DNA of 13,012 nucleotides, from NCBI GenBank assembly GCA_034440375.1, contig JAWXBZ010000047.1:1-13012 (forward strand), read 5' to 3'. The stretch comes from Candidatus Eiseniibacteriota bacterium (GTDB lineage Bacteria > Eisenbacteria > RBG-16-71-46 > JABDJR01 > JAWXBZ01). The notes beneath the pieces are model-generated. The model ran no database searches. It had not been told where the DNA came from and worked only from the letters and a program-made list of their open reading frames with translations. The position numbers and the translations under genes are program-made. Shown in pieces: positions 6,652-13,012 of this stretch; position 1 is the first letter of the stretch, and each line of letters begins with the position of its first letter.

Positions 6652-7704
6652 TCAGACCTCTGCGAACAGGTTCCTGTTCGCGCTGACCCAGTCGATCAGC
6701 CTGGCCACGCCTTGCTCGGGCGTGACCGACGGCTTCCAGTTCAACGCCGCCTTCGCCTTGTCGATGTTGGAGATGTAGACCTTCTGGTCACTCGGGCGCC
6801 AATCGCTGTATGACAGAACCGGCGTGATCCCGGTCTTTTCCTTGAGGATGTCAAGCAGCTCGTGCAACGACATCGTGAAATCCGGCCCGCCCCCCATGTT
6901 GAGGACGGCGTGATTCATCGTGGAGTCGAGGAAGGAGCGATAAGCCGTCACCAGGTCGTCGACGTACAGCACGTCACGGACCTGCTTGCCGTCCCCGAAG
7001 ATCGTGATTGGTTTTCCGAGCAGCGCGGCGATGGTGAACCAGGCCACCCAACCCTGGTCTTCGAGGCCGAACTGCCGCGTGCCGTAGATGCACGACATCC
7101 GGAAAACTCCGATCTTGAGGCCGTACAGATGGGCGTAGTCCTGCATGTAGAGGTCACCGGACAGCTTTGAAACGCCGTACGGTGTGTGTTCGCAACGGTC
7201 GATATTGAACGTTTCGGGGATGCCGCGGGCCATCGAGTCCTCGAACGACCAGCGCTTTGGGCTCTCCGTGAGGCCAACGGCATTCACATTTTCGCCATAG
7301 ACCTTGTTGGTCGAGCAGAAGACGATGGCCGGCTTGACCTTTTGTTCGCGGGCGGCTTCCAGAACATTGAACGTGCCGAGGATGTTGTTCTCGAAGTCGG
7401 GTCGCGGATCGGTGACGGAGGTCGTCACGGCGGTCTGGGCCGCGGCATGCACGATGACCTGACACCCCTCGGCGGCGAGCCGCACGGTGTCGGTGTCGGT
7501 CACGCTCCCCTTGATCAATTCCATGCCGGGGATCCGGCTGAGATGATCCCAGTTGAACGTGGCGTTTCGGTCCGGCTTCTTGAGGAGCCGGGCGCGGGAC
7601 AGGTTGTCCAGGACCCGGACCGACCAGCCATCCAGGGCGAACTGCTCGGCCACATGGCTGCCGATGAATCCGGCCCCGCCGGTTACCAGGACTCGTCGAG
7701 ACAT
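6652..7704 (-). CDS. NAD-dependent epimerase, CDP-tyvelose/paratose 2-epimerase (RfbE/Tyv)-like extended SDR, 350 aa
   Basis: TGGAGFIG, STNKVYG, TPYGVSK (YxxxK), FRMSCIYG.RQFG.EDQGWVAWF, GDGKQVRD and WRPSDQK, the motif set of the CDP-tyvelose epimerase subfamily. ATG at 7704 lies 1 nt after the upstream TGA. Confidence 0.9.
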   Translation of the reverse strand: MSRRVLVTGGAGFIGSHVAEQFALDGWSVRVLDNLSRARLLKKPDRNATFNWDHLSRIPGMELIKGSVTDTDTVRLAAEGCQVIVHAAAQTAVTTSVTDPRPDFENNILGTFNVLEAAREQKVKPAIVFCSTNKVYGENVNAVGLTESPKRWSFEDSMARGIPETFNIDRCEHTPYGVSKLSGDLYMQDYAHLYGLKIGVFRMSCIYGTRQFGLEDQGWVAWFTIAALLGKPITIFGDGKQVRDVLYVDDLVTAYRSFLDSTMNHAVLNMGGGPDFTMSLHELLDILKEKTGITPVLSYSDWRPSDQKVYISNIDKAKAALNWKPSVTPEQGVARLIDWVSANRNLFAEV

Positions 7705-7705
7705 C

Positions 7706-8872
7706 TCAACGCCCCCCTGCGGTGGTCGTCGCGCCGCTGCGGGCAAACTCGATCACCGCATCGGCAACTCGCCGGCGTTGTGCCGTCGATAGTTCAGCGT
7801 GAACCGGAATGGAGAGGACCTCCCGGCAGGCCATGTCGGTATTAGGAAACGAGCCGCCCGCGAACCCCATATCGGCGAAGCAGGGTTGACGGTGCAGCGG
7901 GATCGGATAGTAGACGATGTTTTCGATGCCGCGGGCGGTCAGGTGCTCGCGCAGGCGATCGCGATCGCTGGCGAAGAAACTGTACTGGTGATAAACATGC
8001 TTCGCCCGGTCATCGACTCTCATCAGGCGGATGGCCGGTCCGAGATCGGCGAAAGCACCGTCATAGAAACAGGCATTCTCCCGGCGGAGCTCGGTCCAGC
8101 GTGGCAGGGCCCGGAGCTTGATGCGCAGGACCGCGGCGTTCAGGGCCGACAGCCGGCTGTTGAGCCCAAGTTCGACATGCTCGTAGCGGACACGCTCACC
8201 ATGGTTGCGGAGGCGGCGGAGCTTGGCGGCCAACGCCTCGTCCTTCGTCCAGATCATCCCCCCCTCCCCCGGCGCACCGAGGTTCTTGCTGGGGTAGAAC
8301 GAGGTTGTCCCGGCCAGCCCGACGGAACCGCACGGCGTGCCCTCCCAGGTGGCGCCGATCGATTGGGCACAGTCCTCGATGAGCGGGAGTCCGGCCTCGT
8401 CGGCCACTTTCTTCAACCCGGTGACGTTGGCGCACTGGCCATACAGGTGAACGGCCAGTATGGCCTTCGTCCTCGGGGTGATGGCCGCCCGGACCGCCTC
8501 CGGGTCGATGTTCAGTGTGTCGGGCTCCACATCGACGAAAACCGGCCGCGCCCCCGCCAGCCGTACGCTGGAGCCGCTGGCCAGGAATGTCATGGACGGC
8601 ACGATGACCTCGTCCTCCGCGGTCAGGTCGAGCGCCCGCCAGACCAGGATCAGGGCGTCGGTGCCGCTGGCGACCCCGATGCCGAACGGGACCGCATGCA
8701 ACGCGGCAATTTCCTTCTCGAAGGCCTCGACCTCGGGGCCAAGGATGAAGCGTCCGGTGTCAAAAACGTGCTTGACCGCCGCATCAATTTCCGGGCGGAG
8801 CGGGTCGTACTGGGCCTTCAGATCAATCATGCCGACCATGGGCAAGCTGGAAGGCGTGGGCTCTGGCGCCAC
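7706..8872 (-). CDS. DegT/DnrJ/EryC1/StrS family PLP-dependent nucleotide-sugar aminotransferase (WbpE/GnnB-like)
   Basis: IDLKAQY, FILGPEVEAFE, SGTDAL, VHLYGQ, IEDCAQ, SFYPSKNLG (PLP lysine), NSRL, HVYHQY, YYPIPLH. Start placed at GTG 8872, with AAAGGA 8 nt upstream, rather than TTG 8914. Confidence 0.93.
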   Translation of the reverse strand: MAPEPTPSSLPMVGMIDLKAQYDPLRPEIDAAVKHVFDTGRFILGPEVEAFEKEIAALHAVPFGIGVASGTDALILVWRALDLTAEDEVIVPSMTFLASGSSVRLAGARPVFVDVEPDTLNIDPEAVRAAITPRTKAILAVHLYGQCANVTGLKKVADEAGLPLIEDCAQSIGATWEGTPCGSVGLAGTTSFYPSKNLGAPGEGGMIWTKDEALAAKLRRLRNHGERVRYEHVELGLNSRLSALNAAVLRIKLRALPRWTELRRENACFYDGAFADLGPAIRLMRVDDRAKHVYHQYSFFASDRDRLREHLTARGIENIVYYPIPLHRQPCFADMGFAGGSFPNTDMACREVLSIPVHAELSTAQRRRVADAVIEFARSGATTTAGGR

Positions 8873-8941
8873 CGACTGTATCCTTTCTCTGGCGCGGCCC
8901 GCGAGGCCGCTCAATTAAGTTCGCCGGGCATGAGGAAAACC

Positions 8942-9928
8942 TCAGCCTTGCGGGACGACGGATTTCTGGAAGTACGCGACGGTCCGCGACAGACCGTCCT
9001 CGAAGCTGACCCGGGGCTCGTAGCCAAGAATCCGGCGGGCGCGTGTGATATCCGCCTCGGAGTGGCGGACATCCCCGGCCCGGGCCTCGCGATATTGCGG
9101 AGCCACGTCCCGCCCCGTCAAGGCGGCCACCAACGCCACCAGTTGATTGAGGCTGTAGCGTGTGCCGCAGGCCATGTTCAGGATTTCACCCCGGATGGCA
9201 TCCGCCGGAGCGCGGGCCGCCAGGAGATTGGCGTCGACGACGTTGGCCACGTAGGTGAAATCGCGGCTCTGCTCGCCATCGCCATTGATGACCGGCGGCT
9301 GCCCCTTGAGGATTCGATCGATGAAGATCGGGATGACCGCCGCGTACTGGCTGTCGGGACTCTGGCGCGGGCCGAACACGTTGAAGTAGCGCACCGTCAC
9401 CGCGTTGAATCCGTACAGGGCGCCGAACTGGCGGCAGTAAAGTTCGCCGTCCCTCTTGGTCGTTCCATACGGGCTCATCGGGATGGTGGCCATCTCCTCG
9501 GTCTTGGGAAGCCCCTCCACCTCCCCGTATACGCTCGACGAGCCGGCAAAGACAAACCGGGAGGCGCCGGCATCCCGCGCGGCCAGGAGGAGTCGAAGCG
9601 TACCGGTCGTATTGACCTCGTTGGTGGTCAGGGGGTCCTCGACCGATCGTTCCACCGAGCCGAGAGCGGCCAGATGAAAGACCACATCGATGCCGGAGAC
9701 GGCCCGGGTGACATCGGAGGCATCGCGGAGATCGCCGGTCTGTACCTCAAGACGGGAAGCCGCCGGCCCAACCGCTTCCTTCACCTGCGCCAGGTTTTCG
9801 GATCGGCCGGTCGAGAAATTGTCCAGGACACGGACGGCATTGCCTTCGCCGAGCAGCCGCTCGACCAGGTGACTGCCGATGAACCCGGCGCCGCCGGTGA
9901 CGAGGACTCTTGAGGTGGGTGTCAACAT
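8942..9928 (-). CDS. NAD-dependent epimerase, UDP-GlcNAc(A) 4-epimerase (WbpP/TviC)-like extended SDR
   Basis: TGGAGFIGSHL, HLAALGSVERS, SSSVYG, SPYGTTK, RYFNVFGPRQ.P.SQYAAVIP.F, GDGEQSRDFTYV, GDVRHS. Confidence 0.92.
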   Translation of the reverse strand: MLTPTSRVLVTGGAGFIGSHLVERLLGEGNAVRVLDNFSTGRSENLAQVKEAVGPAASRLEVQTGDLRDASDVTRAVSGIDVVFHLAALGSVERSVEDPLTTNEVNTTGTLRLLLAARDAGASRFVFAGSSSVYGEVEGLPKTEEMATIPMSPYGTTKRDGELYCRQFGALYGFNAVTVRYFNVFGPRQSPDSQYAAVIPIFIDRILKGQPPVINGDGEQSRDFTYVANVVDANLLAARAPADAIRGEILNMACGTRYSLNQLVALVAALTGRDVAPQYREARAGDVRHSEADITRARRILGYEPRVSFEDGLSRTVAYFQKSVVPQG

Positions 9929-9940
9929 GGTCGATGCGTC

Positions 9941-11275
9941 CTAGAGCCGGGAGATGGTCGATTCGCGTCGACCCTTGAAGACGTTTCGGGTATCGAAGAT
10001 GGCGATCGACTCGAGGGCCACCAGATCCCAATCGATGTTCTTGTGACCGGCGGTGACGACCACGCAGTCAGCCGCCCGGAGACGGTCCGCCGTCAGGGCC
10101 ACGCCGGTCATCTTCAGGTGGTCGTGCTCGAATGCCGGAATGAACGGGTCGTGATATTCGACCACGGCTCCCCGCTTCTGCAGTTCGGTAATGACATCGA
10201 GCGCCGGGCTCTCCCGAAAATCGTCGATGTCCGGTTTGTAGGCCACGCCGAGGATCAGGAGTTTCGATCCCTTCACCGGCTTTCCCGCATCGTTCAGGAC
10301 CTGGGCCACCCGATCGACCACGTAGTGCGGCATCGAGGCGTTGATCTGTCCGGCCAGTTCGATGAAGCGGGCCTCGAAACCCGATTCGCGGGCCTTCCAT
10401 GACAGATAGAAGGGGTCGATCGGAATGCAGTGGCCGCCGAGCCCCGGGCCCGGATAGAACGGCATGAAGCCGAACGGCTTGGTGGCCGCGGCGTCGATGA
10501 CCTCCCACACGTCGATCTTCATCCGGTCACAGAGAAGCGCAAGTTCGTTGACCAACCCGATATTGACACTCCGGTAGGTGTTCTCCAGGAGTTTCACCAT
10601 CTCCGCGACGCGGGTACTGGAAACGGGAACCACGGTCTCGATGCTCGTCTGGTACAGGGCGCTGGCCACCCGCGTGCAGGCGGGCGTGACACCGCCGACG
10701 ACCTTGGGGATGTTGTGTGTCTTGTACTTTGCATTGCCGGGATCAACCCGTTCCGGGCTGAAGGCGAGGAAGAAGTCCTTCCCCACCGTAAGTCCCTTTT
10801 CCTCGAGGCGAGGCAGGATCAGCTCGTCGGTGGTACCGGGGTAGGTGGTGCTTTCGAGCAGGATCAACTGCCCCGGATGGAGATAGGTCACGATCTGATC
10901 GACGGCGGCCACGATGTAGGAGACGTCCGGATCCTTGGTTTTACGGAGCGGTGTTGGTACACAAATGTTGATCGTATCGACATGCGCCAGTTCCGCAAAA
11001 TCAGTGGTGGCCGAAAGACGTCCGGAGGTGACCTCGGCGGCCAGGACGGCGTCCGACACGTCCTTGACATGGGATACCCCTGAATTGATCCCGTCAACTT
11101 TTCGGACATCGACGTCAAAACCCGTGACGCGGAACCCCGCCCGGGCCAATTCCACGGCCAGGGGCAGGCCGACATAACCGAGGCCGATGACGGACAGGTG
11201 AGCGGTGCGCGCCTCGATTTTCTGTATGAGATCGGACAGTGACGGACTCCTTTCGATCGGGACCCGAACCCTCAT
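9941..11275 (-). CDS. Nucleotide-sugar 6-dehydrogenase (UDP-GlcNAc dehydrogenase WbpA/WbpO/TviB-like)
   Basis: GLGYVGLP, ICVPTP, ESTTYPGTT, FSPERVDPGN, KLLENTYR.VNI...NE, GGHCIPIDP (catalytic Cys), YKPDIDDFRESP. Maximal extent given; the true start is probably CTG at 11239 (see findings). Confidence 0.95.
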   Translation of the reverse strand: MRVRVPIERSPSLSDLIQKIEARTAHLSVIGLGYVGLPLAVELARAGFRVTGFDVDVRKVDGINSGVSHVKDVSDAVLAAEVTSGRLSATTDFAELAHVDTINICVPTPLRKTKDPDVSYIVAAVDQIVTYLHPGQLILLESTTYPGTTDELILPRLEEKGLTVGKDFFLAFSPERVDPGNAKYKTHNIPKVVGGVTPACTRVASALYQTSIETVVPVSSTRVAEMVKLLENTYRSVNIGLVNELALLCDRMKIDVWEVIDAAATKPFGFMPFYPGPGLGGHCIPIDPFYLSWKARESGFEARFIELAGQINASMPHYVVDRVAQVLNDAGKPVKGSKLLILGVAYKPDIDDFRESPALDVITELQKRGAVVEYHDPFIPAFEHDHLKMTGVALTADRLRAADCVVVTAGHKNIDWDLVALESIAIFDTRNVFKGRRESTISRL

Positions 11276-11338
11276 TCACAGCCTGTTTTCGGCCGGCCCG
11301 ACCCTTCGAAACAGCTTTCGGACGATTTGGGAGCGCCA

Positions 11339-11368
11339 AGTCTAACAAAGACTTACGACGGCTGTCAA
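11339..11368 (-). promoter_or_regulatory. Sigma70-type promoter for the nucleotide-sugar operon
   Basis: Minus strand: consensus TTGACA (11368-11363), 18 nt, TAGACT (11344-11339) with a TGn extension, in a locally AT-rich patch upstream of the dehydrogenase. Confidence 0.7.
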
Positions 11369-12090
11369 AAATTGGCTGCAAGGGCGGCGAGGGCCAGGGC
11401 CGTCAAGGCGCCGACGAGCGTATTCGTGAAATTGAGCGCCTGGTGGCCGAGCGGCAACCGCCCGGCGGCCAGGCTTTCATATAGCCCGCCGATGACGCTG
11501 CCGGCAATGACCGGCAGGAGAGCGGCCGGCATGATCTGGCGCACCAGCACTGCCACGGCGGCCAGGAGGGCTGCCAGTGCCAGTGCCCCGAGCGTCCCCG
11601 CCAGTGACACGGCGCCCTCGGTCCCCGGGGGCACCTTTCGGAAGCTCCGCAGGCTGATCGGCGTCCGGCCGTACAGCCCGCCGATTTCCGACCCGGCTGT
11701 ATCGAACAGGGCCGTGGTGAACGAGGCGGCGAAGGCGGCGCGGAGTGGTTCCCAGCCGGTCAGCAGCCAGGCCAGCGCCGCCAGGACACCCACGCCGCCG
11801 TTGGCAACGGCGTTCTGCCAGCCACGACGCCCCCCTTTCTCCTCCGCCAGCCCCCGGGCCGCCTTGCGCGCGTAGCCGAGTTTGGTGAGCAGGCTCCCGA
11901 GAACGAAGAACGCCGCCAGGACCGCCCACCACGACCAGCCACCGGCCGTCCATATAATCGTGCCGACGAGGAGCCCGGCCACGACGCCTGAGCGACGCAC
12001 GGTGCCGGCTCGAGCGGCCAGGAGCGCGAGGGCTGCATTGACCGCCAGGCCCACCGCGGCCCGTGGGAGCAGCGCCTGCCAGTCCATCAT
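11365..12090 (-). CDS. DUF92 (TMEM19/VTE6-like) integral membrane protein, about 241 aa
   Basis: Several hydrophobic helices plus DUF92 motifs FFVLGSLLTK...K...EEKGGRRGWQNAVANGG, DTAGSEIG and VPPGTEGAVSLAGT. ATG at 12090 (or 12087) overlaps the upstream TGA; the track's extension to 12459 lies inside the upstream gene. Confidence 0.9.
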   Translation of the reverse strand: MMDWQALLPRAAVGLAVNAALALLAARAGTVRRSGVVAGLLVGTIIWTAGGWSWWAVLAAFFVLGSLLTKLGYARKAARGLAEEKGGRRGWQNAVANGGVGVLAALAWLLTGWEPLRAAFAASFTTALFDTAGSEIGGLYGRTPISLRSFRKVPPGTEGAVSLAGTLGALALAALLAAVAVLVRQIMPAALLPVIAGSVIGGLYESLAAGRLPLGHQALNFTNTLVGALTALALAALAANF

Positions 12091-13012
12091 GACCGGAGCC
12101 ACACCAGCGTCGTCTCCAGCGCCGCCTCGAACGGGGTGATGCGATAGCCCAGCTCCCGCTCGGCCTTCGCGCTCGAGTAGATCCATTCGTGACGATAGAT
12201 GTCGATCTCGCCGCGCGTGAGGCGCGGCGATCCGCCGAACGCCCCGGCCTTCCACTCCTCGAGCGCGGCCACGAGCTTTCCGACGCTCCAGGGAATGTCG
12301 CGCGTCGGCACGGTCACGCCCAGCTTTCGCGCCGCCCGTTCCGCCACCTTGCGCAGCAGGACGTCTTCCCCACCCAGAATGTAGGCCTCCCCCACCCGCC
12401 CCTTCTCCAGCGCCAGCACGTGGCCACTCACGACATCCTCGACGAAGGCCATGTTCCACCGGAAGCGCGCGCCCCCCAGGTGACCCGGAAACTTGCCGAT
12501 CTGCAGCCAGCGCAGGATGCGGGCCACGTGGTTGCCGTCGGTTTCGGCGCCGGGTCCGTAGATGACCGTCGGGATGACGGTGATGAGCGGCAACCCGCGC
12601 GGCAGAAAATCGCGCAGCAATCGCGCCGCCCGGAATTTCGTCGAGTGATACTCGTTGAAGAACCGGGGCGGCGGGGGCGCCGCGAGCGTCGACTCATCTA
12701 CCGGTTTCCCGTCCAGCGAAGGTCCGAGCGCAAAGAACGACGATGTGTACAGGAACTGCGTCACGCCGGCCATCAGCGCCGCCTCGCACACCGTCCAACT
12801 CCCCCCGACATTCACCCGCTCGAACTCGCCCGGATCGGGCATCCAGTTCCGGACCAGCGCCGCCGCATGAATCACCGCATCGCACCCGTCCATCCCCGCC
12901 GCCAGCCGGCCGGCCGCATCCGGATGCGGATCACCCAGCGCACCGATGACCGTGCGGTACGCGACACCCGGAAGAACCGGCGCCCGCGCCGGATCGCGCA
13001 ACAGCAGCACCA
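12087..13012 (-). CDS. NAD-dependent epimerase/dehydratase, HpnA/dihydroflavonol-reductase-like extended SDR; 5' end outside the window
   Basis: GCDAVIHAAALV, VNVGGS, YTSSFFALG, NEYHSTK (YxxxK), PTVIYGPG, VEDVVSGHVLALEKGRVGEAYILGGE, SSAKAERELGY. The Gly-rich NAD-binding motif would lie off the right edge. Confidence 0.88.
   Translation of the reverse strand, partial: VLLLRDPARAPVLPGVAYRTVIGALGDPHPDAAGRLAAGMDGCDAVIHAAALVRNWMPDPGEFERVNVGGSWTVCEAALMAGVTQFLYTSSFFALGPSLDGKPVDESTLAAPPPPRFFNEYHSTKFRAARLLRDFLPRGLPLITVIPTVIYGPGAETDGNHVARILRWLQIGKFPGHLGGARFRWNMAFVEDVVSGHVLALEKGRVGEAYILGGEDVLLRKVAERAARKLGVTVPTRDIPWSVGKLVAALEEWKAGAFGGSPRLTRGEIDIYRHEWIYSSAKAERELGYRITPFEAALETTLVWLRS

Noticed and set aside
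8894-8910. Small hairpin (minus strand GCGGCC-TCGCG-GGCCGC) between the epimerase and aminotransferase
   Set aside because: Only 6-7 bp in GC-rich DNA with no U-tract on the coding strand, so not called a terminator.
8912-8944. Possible TGA read-through fusing the WbpP-like epimerase to the in-frame aminotransferase
   Set aside because: A second in-frame stop (TAA, 8917-8915) follows, and the aminotransferase has its own SD and GTG start.
7650-9910. Similar DNA stretches near 7660-7695 and 9875-9908
   Set aside because: Both encode the VLVTGGAGFIGSH motif of two related SDRs; this is not a DNA repeat element.
7799-9913. 704-aa plus-strand ORF antisense to the aminotransferase and epimerase
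   Set aside because: No recognisable motifs. The two real genes share a frame, so GC-rich codon bias easily produces one long stop-free shadow frame.
12091-12459. N-terminal extension of the DUF92 ORF
   Set aside because: It is an alternate frame inside the SDR gene with Arg/Gly-rich, non-protein-like sequence; the coupled ATG is at 12090.

Overview
GC-rich chromosomal DNA from a diderm bacterium (it carries lptE), with no mobile element, RNA gene or CRISPR array visible. The minus strand carries, in transcription order: a 5'-truncated HpnA/DFR-like SDR coupled to a DUF92 membrane protein; a four-gene nucleotide-sugar operon with its own sigma70-type promoter (WbpA-like dehydrogenase, WbpP-like 4-epimerase, DegT/WbpE-like aminotransferase, CDP-tyvelose-2-epimerase-like SDR); a cytoplasmic GAF-PAS histidine kinase plus NtrC-family sigma54 activator, preceded by a candidate -24/-12 promoter and followed by a strong terminator; lptE-holA; and the start of a secreted prolyl oligopeptidase. 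The only plus-strand gene is the most unusual one: an apparently exported thioredoxin-like (IPGCATC) domain fused to a stripped-down MsrA-like (HCFWEGE) domain. Other points of interest are two apparently leaderless genes, a probable CTG start codon, and a sugar operon that lacks the partner enzymes its aminotransferase and epimerase normally need. All family calls come from motif recognition by eye; no searches were run.
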